A stretch of 58,878 nucleotides of DNA, filler included, from Deltaproteobacteria bacterium (GCA_016218805.1; 3 parts of 3 records of this genome joined end to end with filler, not necessarily neighbours in it), one strand, 5' to 3'; positions 44,240-54,283 are shown, counted from the whole stretch's first letter. The notes: a model not told the origin generated them from the letters alone. Numbers and translations: made by a program.

Positions 44240-47200
44240 ATGCGCTTGTCCCTGCTCGCCCTGGCGTTGGTCACGCCCGTCACCGCGAACGCCCTGGAAC
44301 TTGTTGAAATGGCCAACCCGCACGCGCTGCCGACCGAGGCGCTGGGGAGTCTGCACGCGCTGCGGGGCCACGGCCTGCGCGATCACCGCCTCCACGTCCA
44401 GGCGGCCGCCGGCGAGAGCTGGACGCTGGCGGTGGCTGCGCTCCCCGCCGCCGTCACCCCGGACCACGGCACCGGTCCCGCTGACGTGATCCTGCGCTTC
44501 ACGGGCGCGCCCGCGGGGGACAGCGTGGAAGGAACGGTGACCCTGGCTGACAGCAGCGCCGCGGCGGTCACCGCGCTGCCCGTGCGCATCACCACCTGGC
44601 CACGCGTGGGTGACGCCGCCACCCGTGACGACGTCAAGAACCGCGCCTCCTGGCCGGCTGACCCCGACTACCACGAGCTGTGGGACCTGTGGGGCTTCCT
44701 GGCGGACGCGTCCTCCCACCCCGGCCTCACCCTGCCGCGCCTGTCTGCGTGGGAGGAAACGCCCTGCGCCGTGCCGGGCCGTCACGACGACTGCACGCAG
44801 GCGGGACAAGCGGGCCTGGCCGCCGGGATGAGTGCGGACCGCGCCTGGGGGCGCACCGTGGGTGACCGCGCGGTGACCCTGGCCGTGCTGGACTCCGGCA
44901 TGCGCTGGCGCAACCGCGACGTCATTGAACAGGTGCGCCTCAACGCGGATGAACTGGTCAGCTGCCCGCCGCGCGGGGCCACCGCGCTGGACCCCGCGTC
45001 GTACGATGTGAACCACGACGGGTTCTTCAACATCCGCGATTACGACGACACCGAGGTGGAGGACTGGAATACCAACGGGCTGAAGGACCCGCAGGACATC
45101 ATCCAGGGCGCGTTCGGCGGGAACCCGTGCAGTGACGGCCTGGATGATGACGGCAATGGCTTTGTTGACGACATCGCCGGCTGGGACTTCTTCTGGGATG
45201 ACAACGACGCGGGCGACGACGCCAACTTTGGGCACGGGGACTTTGAGGCCAAGCTCAGCGTGGGGCAGGGTGACAACGGCGTGTCCGGCATTGGGGTGTG
45301 CCCCGGGTGCTCGTTCATCCCGCTGCGCGTGGGTGACAGCTTCATTGCGGACGTGGACCGGTACGCCGCCGCCGTGGTGTACGCCGTGGACAACGGCGTC
45401 TCCGTGGTGCAGCAGGCGCTGGGCGGGCTGGGCAACACCGTGGTCATGCACCAGGCGGTGGATTACGCGTACGCATCCGGCGTGGCGGTCATTGCCGCCG
45501 CCAGTGACCTGCAGAGCTACCACCACAACTGGCCGGCCAACGCCGCGCACGCGTTCATGGTGCACGCCATTGTCTATGACGGCACCAACCAGATCAGCGG
45601 GGACCAGGGCAGCTGGAATGACGCCACCAGCTTTGTGAACTTCAACAACTGCACCAACTATGGCGCCAAGCTCATGCTGTCCGCGCCGGGCACCGGCTGC
45701 TCCAGCGAGTCCACCGCCAAGACCGCGGGCCAGGCGGGCCTGGTCTACAGCTACTTCCGCCGCCTGCAGGCCGCGGGTGACCCCTACTTCCGCAAGCCGC
45801 TGTCGACGGAGGAGGTGTACCAGGTGCTGTTGGCCGGCGCGGACGACATTGACGTGCCCGGCGCGGAGACGGACGCCAGCGCGCTGGCGCTCAAGAAGTT
45901 TCCCTCCAATGAGGGCTGGGATGAGCACTTCGGGTTTGGGCGCAACAACGCGTACCGCTCACTGGAGGTGCTGGCGCAGCGGCGCATCCCGCCCGAGGTG
46001 GAGATCACCGCCCCGCGGTGGTTTGACTACGTGGGAGTGGTGGAGGACGCGCCCGCGGTGGAGGTCCGCGCGCGGGTGCAGAACACGCGCACGGATGCGG
46101 ACGTGTGCTTCCGGCTGCGCTGGGCGCGCGGCGTGGAACCCACGGATGACCAACTGGAGCAGCACGTCATGGCGGAGGGCTGCGGCCCGGCGGGCGCGCA
46201 GGACGTGAAGGTGTACGGCACGCTGACGGTGGCGGACCTGGCGCCGTCTGACGCGGTGGCGCTCAAGCACAACCGGCAGGAGCGGACCATCACGCTGGAA
46301 CTGGTGGCGCGCGTCACCGGTGACGCGTCTGAAACGGCGGTTGCCCGGCGGGCGTTCTTTGTGAACCGCGACGACGATCTGCGGCCGGGTTTCCCGCGGT
46401 TCCTGGGGGCGGGCGGCGAGTCCAGCCCGCGGTTGGTGGACCTCAACGGTGATGGCCGTGACGAAGTGGTGGTGGCCACCGGCGACGGGCGGCTGCACGC
46501 GTTCAACGCTGGCGGCGGGGAGATCCAGGGGTTCCCGGTGGAGCTGCGCGTGGAGGGGACCGGGTGCGGCGGCAGCGTGGTCACCCACCCGGGCGGCCGC
46601 GGGTACCTGTGGGGCGGGGTGGCCGCGGAAGCGGCGGCGCCCATCGTGTCGTCCCCGGCGGTGATGCGCCTGGCGGACGGGGAGGCTCCGTCTATCGTCG
46701 TGGCCACCACGTTTGGAGCGCTGTTTGCCGTGGGGGCGGATGGGGCGCTGCGCCGGGGGTTCCCCGTGTGCCTGGACATCACCGCCATGGACGCGCTGCG
46801 TGCACCGCACCGGCGCACGGAGTCCCGCGAACGCGGCGAGATGGGCTTCCTCTCCTCGCCGGCGGTGTGGGACCTGGAGGGTGACGGCGTGGTGGACATT
46901 GTGGTGGGCGGCGGCGACGGGCAGCTGCACGTGTGGCTCCCGGACGGGACGGTGAAGCCGGGCTTCCCGGTGCCGCTGCGCCATCCCGGCGTGGCGGAGA
47001 ACCTGGCGGAGCGGGACCGCATTGTGTCCAGCCCAGTGCTCGCGGACCTTGACGGGGACGGCGTGCTGGAAATCGTCATTGGCAGCAATGAGCAGTTTGA
47101 CAACCGCGCGTCCGCCGCGCTGTACGCGGTGCATGCCGACGGTAACGCGCACCCGGACGGCGGGGCGTTCCCGCAGGAGCAGTACCCCAACGGCGAGAAG

Positions 47201-48121
47201 GTGTGGCCGCAGATGGTCACCAAGCTCACGCCGGACGAACTGCTGCCCACCATTGGCCGCGGCCACCCGACCACCGCGGCGGTGGCGGACCTTGACGGCG
47301 ACGGGCGCGACGAAGTGCTGACGGCGGGCCTGGGCGGCCAGGTGGCGGTCTACCCGGACACGCGCCGGGATGAGCTGGTTCCCTCCATGTTGTACTCGCG
47401 CGAGGACTTTGGGCCGCTGTCCAATTCCCAGGAACAGGTGGCCACGCTGACCATGATGTCCAGCCCATCCGTGGCGGACCTGGACGGTGACGGGATGCTG
47501 GACGTCATTGACGGCATGGTGGGCCTGGGCGTGGCGGCGGTGATCCTGCAGGGCGGGCAACGCACGCTGTTTGACCACGTGGTGGGCGCCTGGGACATCC
47601 GCAGCGGCCTGCCGCATGAGGGCTTCCCCGCCGTGGTGGAGGACTTCCAGGTGCTGGTGAACTACCCGGTGGCGGACGTGGACGGTGACGGAAAAGCGGA
47701 GCTGATTGCGGCCACCGCGGGGTACTTCATCAACGCGTTCCGGACGGACGGGAGCATCCCCAACAGCCTGGGTCCGGATGGCACTGCCCCGCCGGCCTGG
47801 CCCCGCTTCACGGGCGGTTTCAGCCTGGCCACCCCGGCGCTGGGTGACGTGGACGGCGACGGCAAGCTGGACATGGCGGAGATCACGCGGGACGGCTGGC
47901 TGTTCCTGTGGAGCCTGCCGGGCCCGGTGGATTCCATCCAGTGGGCGGGGTTCAAACATGACATGGCGGGCACCGGGAACCGGCGGTTGGAACCGGACCT
48001 GGGATGGGGTGGGCGGGAGTGGCTGTGCGCCTGTGATTCGGCGGGTGACGGCGCGCCCGCGGGAATGGCCCTGTTGGCCGCGGTGATGCTGCGCATGTTC
48101 CGGCGCCGTCAGCGGGTGTGA
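44240..48121 (+). CDS. Atypical S8 subtilase with FG-GAP/VCBS repeats and MYXO-CTERM-type anchor
   Basis: AVLDSG, DDDGNGFVDDIAGWDF, FGHG, GCSSEST and many DLDGDG repeats. C-terminus CACDS...ALLAAVMLRMFRRR. Confidence 0.85.
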   Translation: MRLSLLALALVTPVTANALELVEMANPHALPTEALGSLHALRGHGLRDHRLHVQAAAGESWTLAVAALPAAVTPDHGTGPADVILRFTGAPAGDSVEGTVTLADSSAAAVTALPVRITTWPRVGDAATRDDVKNRASWPADPDYHELWDLWGFLADASSHPGLTLPRLSAWEETPCAVPGRHDDCTQAGQAGLAAGMSADRAWGRTVGDRAVTLAVLDSGMRWRNRDVIEQVRLNADELVSCPPRGATALDPASYDVNHDGFFNIRDYDDTEVEDWNTNGLKDPQDIIQGAFGGNPCSDGLDDDGNGFVDDIAGWDFFWDDNDAGDDANFGHGDFEAKLSVGQGDNGVSGIGVCPGCSFIPLRVGDSFIADVDRYAAAVVYAVDNGVSVVQQALGGLGNTVVMHQAVDYAYASGVAVIAAASDLQSYHHNWPANAAHAFMVHAIVYDGTNQISGDQGSWNDATSFVNFNNCTNYGAKLMLSAPGTGCSSESTAKTAGQAGLVYSYFRRLQAAGDPYFRKPLSTEEVYQVLLAGADDIDVPGAETDASALALKKFPSNEGWDEHFGFGRNNAYRSLEVLAQRRIPPEVEITAPRWFDYVGVVEDAPAVEVRARVQNTRTDADVCFRLRWARGVEPTDDQLEQHVMAEGCGPAGAQDVKVYGTLTVADLAPSDAVALKHNRQERTITLELVARVTGDASETAVARRAFFVNRDDDLRPGFPRFLGAGGESSPRLVDLNGDGRDEVVVATGDGRLHAFNAGGGEIQGFPVELRVEGTGCGGSVVTHPGGRGYLWGGVAAEAAAPIVSSPAVMRLADGEAPSIVVATTFGALFAVGADGALRRGFPVCLDITAMDALRAPHRRTESRERGEMGFLSSPAVWDLEGDGVVDIVVGGGDGQLHVWLPDGTVKPGFPVPLRHPGVAENLAERDRIVSSPVLADLDGDGVLEIVIGSNEQFDNRASAALYAVHADGNAHPDGGAFPQEQYPNGEKVWPQMVTKLTPDELLPTIGRGHPTTAAVADLDGDGRDEVLTAGLGGQVAVYPDTRRDELVPSMLYSREDFGPLSNSQEQVATLTMMSSPSVADLDGDGMLDVIDGMVGLGVAAVILQGGQRTLFDHVVGAWDIRSGLPHEGFPAVVEDFQVLVNYPVADVDGDGKAELIAATAGYFINAFRTDGSIPNSLGPDGTAPPAWPRFTGGFSLATPALGDVDGDGKLDMAEITRDGWLFLWSLPGPVDSIQWAGFKHDMAGTGNRRLEPDLGWGGREWLCACDSAGDGAPAGMALLAAVMLRMFRRRQRV

Positions 48122-49149
48122 CGCAGCAGGCGCCGGCGGCGGTGGCGCTCCACGGCCAGGTCCAGCAGTTCGGTCACCAGCTCACGCGTGGACATCCCGG
48201 TTGCCTGCCACAGCAGCGGCACCATGGAGTGCGCGGTGAAACCCGGCAGCGTGTTGATCTCGTTGACCACCGGGTGGCCGTCGTCACGCAGGAAGAAGTC
48301 CACGCGCGCCAGCCCCGCGCACTCCAGCGTGCGGTAGACCTCCACCGCCATGGCGCGCACGCGCGCCGCCGCCGTCGCGCTGATGCGCGCGGGAATCTCC
48401 AGCGCGGCGCCGTGTTCGTCCAGGTATTTCGCGTCGTAGGAGTAGAACCCGTCCGCGTGCGTCACGCGGATGGCGCCGACGACGGATGCGCGCGGGCGCT
48501 CGTTGCCCAGCACCGCGCACTCCACCTCCAGCCCGCGCACCTCCGCCTCCGCCAGCACCTTGTCGTCGAATTCGAACGCGTACTGCAGCGCGTCCTCCAG
48601 CTCCTCCGCACGCGCCACGCGCCGCACCCCGACGGAGGAACCCAGGTTGGCCGGCTTCACGAACAACGGGAACCCCACCTCCGCCGCCACCGCGGGCCCA
48701 TCACCCCGGCGCAGCGCGCGGAAGTCCGCCACCGCCAGCCCCGCGTCCCGCAACAACCGCTTCATCACATCCTTGTCCATCCCCACCGCGCTCCCCAGCA
48801 CGCCCGCGCCCACGTACGGAATGCCCGCCAGCTCCAGCAGCCCCTGCACCGTGCCGTCTTCGCCGTAGGGGCCGTGCAACACCGGGAACACCACGTCCAC
48901 CGGCTCACCGCCGGCGCGCGCCAGCTCCGCGGCGGACAGCGGGACCAGCGCGGTGGTGCTGGGATCGGCGGCGCTGAGCAGGCGTTCTGCAGACTGCAGC
49001 AGCATCCGCCCGTCACGCGCCAGGTACACCGGCACCGGCGTGAAACGCGCCGGGTCCAGCGCCGCCACAACGGTGCGCGCGGAGAGGATGGAGATGTCGT
49101 GCTCGGCGGAGCGGCCGCCGTAAAGGAGGGCAATCCGGGTGGTGGTCAT
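48109..49149 (-). CDS. ddl: D-alanine--D-alanine ligase
   Basis: GGRSAEHDISILSA, LHGPYGEDG, KPANLGSSVG, FYSYDAKY and NEINTLPGFT. Overlaps the convergent subtilase gene by 13 nt. Confidence 0.96.
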   Translation of the reverse strand: MTTTRIALLYGGRSAEHDISILSARTVVAALDPARFTPVPVYLARDGRMLLQSAERLLSAADPSTTALVPLSAAELARAGGEPVDVVFPVLHGPYGEDGTVQGLLELAGIPYVGAGVLGSAVGMDKDVMKRLLRDAGLAVADFRALRRGDGPAVAAEVGFPLFVKPANLGSSVGVRRVARAEELEDALQYAFEFDDKVLAEAEVRGLEVECAVLGNERPRASVVGAIRVTHADGFYSYDAKYLDEHGAALEIPARISATAAARVRAMAVEVYRTLECAGLARVDFFLRDDGHPVVNEINTLPGFTAHSMVPLLWQATGMSTRELVTELLDLAVERHRRRRLLRHTR

Positions 49150-49342
49150 GCAGCGGGACGGTGCGCACAGCGTGCCAGCGCTTGGCGGAGCTGCGGCGGG
49201 TGGGTGTGATGCGAGATGGTTGTAGACGCTGGGATCGACAACGCCGCTGCGGCCAGGTAGCACGCCAGCGCGGTGTGGCCCGGCCGCCCCCGGCCGGGAC
49301 GCCAGCGGGACACCCGTGACGTCGCTATGCACCGGCACAGCC

Positions 49343-49442
49343 NNNNNNNNNNNNNNNNNNNNNNNNNNNNNNNNNNNNNNNNNNNNTTAATTAATTAANN
49401 NNNNNNNNNNNNNNNNNNNNNNNNNNNNNNNNNNNNNNNNNN
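49343..49442. other. Artificial contig spacer (N44-TTAATTAATTAA-N44)
   Basis: Same six-frame-stop 12-mer at 49387-49398, flanked by Ns. Confidence 0.97.
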
Positions 49443-50902
49443 GGCGCCGGGTCCGCAGGTGGCGGGGCGGGCGCGGGCGCGGCCAGGGGTGCGGGCGCCG
49501 GCGGAGGCGTCGGCGGGCCGCCCGCGGCCAGCAGCGCCACGCCGCCCAGCAGGGCCACGCCGCCGCCGGCAAGCACCCACAGGGGGGGAAGCCACCGCGC
49601 AGCATGGCGCGGGAGGCGTTCGGTCACCTCGGGCGCGGAGGGCGGCGGACTGATGAGGGTGCGCTCCACGGGGCCGCCTTCGGCCTCGGTGGGCTCGTCC
49701 GGCGGCGGGGGTGGGGCGCCGTCCGCGCTGACCTGCCCGGGGTCCCCCGGGAACAGCGCAGCGAACTGCGCGGTGTCCAGCTCATCCACACCGGTGTGCA
49801 TGGGGGCGCGCGCGGCGGGCGTGGGTGAGGGCGGCGGGGTCTTGTCCGGCGCGGGGCCGCCACCGGTGCGGCGTTCGCTGCTGCGCGGGTGGATGGTGGA
49901 TTCCGCGTCCAGCTTGAGGATGTCCTCGGTGGCCATGGCCAGCAGCGAGGCCAGCTTCTGGCGCACCGGGTCGGTGGCGGCCGGGTAGAGCGACTCCATC
50001 ATCTGGGCCAGGTGGTAGGAGCCCACGGCCTCCTGCTGGTCCTTGAGGAACTCTTCCAGCAGCAGCCGCAGCTGCCCCGCGCTGCCGGGCCGGCGTGCCG
50101 GGTCCTTGGCCATGGCCAGCCGGACAATGGCGTCCAGCTGGGCGGGCACCGCGGGGTTGAGCTCCTGCAGCGGCGCCGGCTCCGTCTGGAGGATGCAGCG
50201 CATGTATTCCAGTTCGTTGACCGCCTTGAACGGGAGGTCCCCGGACAGCAGCACGTACAGGTTGACGCCAATGGCCCAGATGTCCACGCGCTTGTCCAGC
50301 TTGGAGGCGGTGACCTGCTCCGGGGCCAGGTAGGAGATCTTGCCGCGCACGTTGCCCGGCTGCGTGAGGTTGGCGCTGGCCGCGGCCTTGGCAATGCCAA
50401 AGTCCAGCAGCTTCACGTGGCCCTGGTAGGTCAGAAAGACGTTCTCCGGCGTGACATCGCGGTGGATGATGTTGAGGTCCTGGCCGCGCGCGTCCTTGAG
50501 CGCGTGGGCGAACTCCAGGCCGGCGCAGCAGTCCGCGATGATGCGCACCGCCAGTGCGGGGGGGACGCGCCCGCCGCCGCGGTCCTTGAGGGCCTTGGAC
50601 ACCTGGAACAGGTTGCGCCCCTCCAGGAACTCCATGGCAATGAACGGGTGCCCCTCGTGTTCGTCCAGGTCAAAGATCTGCACCACGTTGGGGTGGTTGA
50701 TGAGGGCGGCCAGGCGGCCCTCGCCCAGGAAGAGCTCCTTGAAGACCGGGTCCTCGTGCATGGGCGAGGCCACCGTCTTGATGACCAGCGTCTTGGAGAA
50801 CCCCGCCATGCCGCGCTGGCGGGCCAGCCACACCTCAGCCATCCCGCCGCGCGCGAGCTTGCCCAGGATCACGTACCGGCCGAAGCCGTCACCGGTCTTC
50901 AC
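49443..50902 (-). CDS. Transmembrane Hanks-type Ser/Thr protein kinase (3'-truncated)
   Basis: LARGGMAEV, VIK, HRDVTPEN, DFGIAK, YLAPEQ and DIWAIG, then a Pro-rich juxtamembrane region and a TM helix. Start uncertain (50902 or 50947). Confidence 0.95.
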
Positions 50903-50988
50903 GCGCGCCCCGCGACGGGAAAAGCCCCCGCGCCACGATCCCCGCACACAGGTTTCCCGTCGTCAAGATCACGGCGGGCGCCCCCCCT

Positions 50989-52380
50989 TCACTCGGTGCC
51001 GAGCAGGCTGCGCAGCTGGGACTCCAGGGGCGTCCCCGCCACGCGCGCCATGGCGGACTGCGTCAAACGCTGGCCCAGGGCGGCCATGCCGTTCTTCTGC
51101 GCCATGACGGTGGCGGACAGCAGCGTGCCCAGCTCCATGTCCGCGTCCAACAGGCGCGTCAGGGTGTCCGCCACGTCTTCAATGCGGCCGGCGGAGACCT
51201 GCAGCTCGGCCAGCTCCAGCAGCAGCTCGCCGTCACGCGGGCTGCCGCGCGCGGCCACCTCCAGGTGCCCCAGCGCTTCAGACACGCGTTCCGGCTCCGC
51301 CTGCAGGGCCACGCGCGCCAGCAGGCGGCGCAACCGGACCACCTGCGCCCCGTTGCCGGACACGGCCAACCCCTCCAGCGCACCCCGCGCCTGGTCCCCG
51401 CGGCGGGCCTGCAACAGCGCCTCCGCCCACAGCACGGTGACCTCTTCATGGCCGGGCGCAGCCTTCATGAGCGCTTCCCCCAGCTCCAGCGCCTGGGCGG
51501 TGCGGCGGTTCTCCAGCAGGATGCGCAGCTGCAGCAGGCGCGGCGCCAGCAGCTGGGGCGCGCGCGCGGTGGTCTCGGCCAGGATGTTCATGGCCTCGCC
51601 GTACTGGCGGCTCTCCACAAACATCTCCGCCAGCGCCAGCGCGGGGGCCGCAAACGTGGGCGCCAGCTCCATGGCCATTTCAAACAGCGTCCCGGCGCGC
51701 GCGGGGTCCCCGGCGGCGGCCACCAGGCGGCCCAGCTGGTGGCGCACCACCGCGTGGCTCTGCACGTTGGCGGCCACGCGCTTGAGCAGCCGCATGGCCT
51801 CGTCCATGTCGCCTTCGGTGGCGCGCAGCAGTGCCAGCACGTGGTGCTCCGTCACGCCGGCCGGATGCCGGGTCAGCGCGGCCTGCACGCGGCCACGCGC
51901 CTCGGCCAAGCGGCCCTCAGACAGCAGCAGCGCGGCGTCCGCCGCAGCCCGCCGCGCGTCCGATCGGTGCCGCCCCAGCGCCGCGCGCGCCTGGTCCGCG
52001 CGCCCCTCCATCAGCAGCGCGCGCGCCATCACGGAGCGGGCAGCGGCGCCGGGGTCTGTCAGTTCGCCCTCGTCACCGGGCGGTTCCTGCGCGCGCAGCC
52101 GCTCACCCAGCTCCAGCGCGCCCGCGCTGTCCGCCAGCGCCATCCGCTCTTCCGCCTGGCGCACCACCGGGTCCTGCGGCAACTCCAGCGGGTCCGCCGC
52201 GTCCTGCTCCGCTTGGTTGTCCAGCTCGCCGTCTTCCGTGGAGCGCAAACGCCGCAACGCCGGGGGCAGGATGGTGGCGCCCGCACCCGGACGGCTGAGC
52301 CGCACGGTGTCCCGCCGGGGAGCCTCCGTGCCGTTGCCGGTTTCGGTCTGTGGATCCGGGGTAGTCACGGGGCGCACCAT
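50989..52380 (-). CDS. Cytoplasmic TPR-repeat protein with disordered Thr-rich N-terminus
   Basis: No signal peptide. Repeated helical TPR-like units (ALELGE, LGRLVAAAGD, LAEMFV). Confidence 0.75.
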   Translation of the reverse strand: MVRPVTTPDPQTETGNGTEAPRRDTVRLSRPGAGATILPPALRRLRSTEDGELDNQAEQDAADPLELPQDPVVRQAEERMALADSAGALELGERLRAQEPPGDEGELTDPGAAARSVMARALLMEGRADQARAALGRHRSDARRAAADAALLLSEGRLAEARGRVQAALTRHPAGVTEHHVLALLRATEGDMDEAMRLLKRVAANVQSHAVVRHQLGRLVAAAGDPARAGTLFEMAMELAPTFAAPALALAEMFVESRQYGEAMNILAETTARAPQLLAPRLLQLRILLENRRTAQALELGEALMKAAPGHEEVTVLWAEALLQARRGDQARGALEGLAVSGNGAQVVRLRRLLARVALQAEPERVSEALGHLEVAARGSPRDGELLLELAELQVSAGRIEDVADTLTRLLDADMELGTLLSATVMAQKNGMAALGQRLTQSAMARVAGTPLESQLRSLLGTE

Positions 52381-52496
52381 GGCACCAAGCCGGCCTTTTG
52401 TCGCGTTCACCGCTCGCCGTGGATGCCGGTGGCCGGGGCCTGCGCACCCGCATGTCCTGGAGGCGAATCACCGCCCCTGGGCGAAGCCACCTCGGG

Positions 52497-53081
52497 CTAC
52501 GGGGTGGCCGCGGGTTCCGCGGCCTTGGCGGCCTGCGCGGACGCATGGGCCGCTTCCGCCTCGGCGGCCGCCTTGAGCTGCGCCAGGCCCTTCTCAAAGT
52601 CCGCCCCCAGCATCTTGTCCATGTTGACAAACAACCCGAACGCCTTGCCGAGGAAGTTGTTCGTGCCGTCCATGCCCCAGCTCACCTGGGTGCCGGCGCC
52701 CTGCGGCACGAGCACAAAGTCCACCTTGCTGGACGACGGGAACGGCCGGATGAACTCCAGCGCGATGTCGATGCGCTCGCCCGGTTTCACGGCGGCGATC
52801 TTCATGCTGCCCTCGCCCACCTTGTCATCACCGGACCAGTGGTAGGTGGCGTCCTTGCCCGCGGGGGGGCCGCCGAAGGTCTCCTTCTGCTTGGGATCCA
52901 ACTTGGCCCAGGGGGACCACGCGTTCCACCGGTGGAAGTCCTCAATGTGTCCGCTGATGACGGCCGCCGGGGCGTTCACCACCACGGACCGCACCACGCG
53001 GTATTCGGCCGGCCGGGTGGCAACAATGATGAGAAACAACCCAACCAGGGCTCCCAACCCCACGGCGGCCTTCTTGATCAC
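52497..53081 (-). CDS. SRPBCC / polyketide-cyclase family protein
   Basis: N-terminal TM, RSVVVNAP, DFHRWNAWSPW, VGEGSM and DFEKGLAQLK. SD AAGGAG before the GTG. Confidence 0.9.
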   Translation of the reverse strand: MIKKAAVGLGALVGLFLIIVATRPAEYRVVRSVVVNAPAAVISGHIEDFHRWNAWSPWAKLDPKQKETFGGPPAGKDATYHWSGDDKVGEGSMKIAAVKPGERIDIALEFIRPFPSSSKVDFVLVPQGAGTQVSWGMDGTNNFLGKAFGLFVNMDKMLGADFEKGLAQLKAAAEAEAAHASAQAAKAAEPAATP

Positions 53082-53187
53082 GGCGTGCTCCTTGGCGAGG
53101 TGAAACGCGCCGCTGCCGTAACCGGGACCCCACAGTGCGGCAACCTGACTGCGGGTCCCGGGTGGGCCGGGCCACCTTGGGCGGGCT

Positions 53188-54231
53188 TCAGCCCGGCACC
53201 GGCGCCGCAACCCCCGCCGCCACCAGGCGCTCCAGGGCGGTCCACGCGTCCTGTTCGGAGAGGTCCAGCATGCAGCGGAAGTGGCCCAGCGGACAGGCCG
53301 GCAGGCCGTAGAGCGAACACGCGGAGCACTGCAGCCCGGCGTACAGCGCCGCGTGCCCGGTGAAGTCAAACTGCCGCGGGTCGGTGGAACCGAAGAACGT
53401 CAGCACGGGCACCCCCAGCGCGCGCGCCATGTGCATGGGTCCGCTGTCATTGGCGACGAACGCGCGGCACCGCGCGATGACCGCGCCCAGCACGTCAACC
53501 CCGCAGCGTCCTGTCAGGTCCACGACGTGCGCGCCCGCCCGCGCCACCTCCGCCGCAAGCGGCGCTTCCGCGGGGGTCCCGGTGACGATGGCGCGCCAGC
53601 CCAGCGCACCCGCGCGCCGGGCGAGCCCCGCGTACCGTTCCGCCGGCCACCGCTTGGTCTCCCAGTTGGCGCCGGGGCTCATCCCGACGATGATTTCGCC
53701 CTCCCGCACTCCCGCGTCCGCCAGCAGCGCAGCGGCGCGCGCCCGCGCGTCATCCGCCACGTGCAGGGACAGCTGCCCGCGCGGCAGCGCCCGCCCGACC
53801 AGCCGCTCCACCGCCAGGTGGTAGCGCGCCGAGATGTGCATGGCGGCGCGATAGGGCCGCGCGCGCAGCTTCACCAGCACCGTGTCCGCCAGCGGGCGCT
53901 TGTGCCAGGTCACCACGCGCGACGCGCCGGTCATCCACGCCAGCGCGCGCGCCTGCCACTTCCCGTGCAGGTCCAGCACCGCGTCCGGTGCGTGCGCGCG
54001 CAAGCGCCCCGCCAGGACGTGGAGCGCTTCCCCCGGGCGGCGCACCTCCACGGCGGCCACCGCCGGGTGGTGGCGCACCAGCGGCACAAACGCCTCCGTG
54101 GTCACGTACAGGATGCGCGTCTGCGGCCACGCGGCGTGCAAGGCGTCCAGTGCCGGCGTGCTGAGGACCACGTCACCCAGGGCGGACAGCCGCAGCACCA
54201 CCACGGCCCGGGCGGCGGGGAAGGACTCCAT
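53188..54231 (-). CDS. Glycosyltransferase family 9 (ADP-heptose:LPS heptosyltransferase, WaaF-like)
   Basis: RLSALGDVV, DLHG, PGANWETKRWP, NDSGPMHMA, FGSTDP and a C-terminal CxxC...C...C. Confidence 0.92.
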   Translation of the reverse strand: MESFPAARAVVVLRLSALGDVVLSTPALDALHAAWPQTRILYVTTEAFVPLVRHHPAVAAVEVRRPGEALHVLAGRLRAHAPDAVLDLHGKWQARALAWMTGASRVVTWHKRPLADTVLVKLRARPYRAAMHISARYHLAVERLVGRALPRGQLSLHVADDARARAAALLADAGVREGEIIVGMSPGANWETKRWPAERYAGLARRAGALGWRAIVTGTPAEAPLAAEVARAGAHVVDLTGRCGVDVLGAVIARCRAFVANDSGPMHMARALGVPVLTFFGSTDPRQFDFTGHAALYAGLQCSACSLYGLPACPLGHFRCMLDLSEQDAWTALERLVAAGVAAPVPG

Positions 54232-54283
54232 GCCGCGCGTCCTAGCACGCCCCCGGGGATGCGCTGCTAGGTTGCGCGCCATG
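54229..54283. promoter_or_regulatory. Near-palindromic divergent promoter region, GT9/birA (two extended -10 elements)
   Basis: TGC-TAGGTT-7nt-ATG on the + strand and TGC-TAGGAC-7nt-ATG on the - strand. The arms 54229-54247 and 54265-54283 are 16/19 reverse-complementary. Confidence 0.6.

Noticed and set aside
44129..45928. N-terminal 600-aa extension of the 1530-aa minus-strand ORF, which would overlap the subtilase
   Set aside because: It is the antisense shadow of the subtilase. The real protein starts at the lipoprotein signal at 44128.
48109..49149. Possible VanA-type D-Ala-D-Lac ligase
   Set aside because: The omega loop keeps YSYDAKY typical of D-Ala-D-Ala ligases, and no vanH, vanX or vanRS is visible in the adjacent sequence.
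52497..53081. SRPBCC 'polyketide cyclase' as a sign of a biosynthetic gene cluster
   Set aside because: No PKS, NRPS or tailoring genes are nearby. This is a common stand-alone ligand-binding family.
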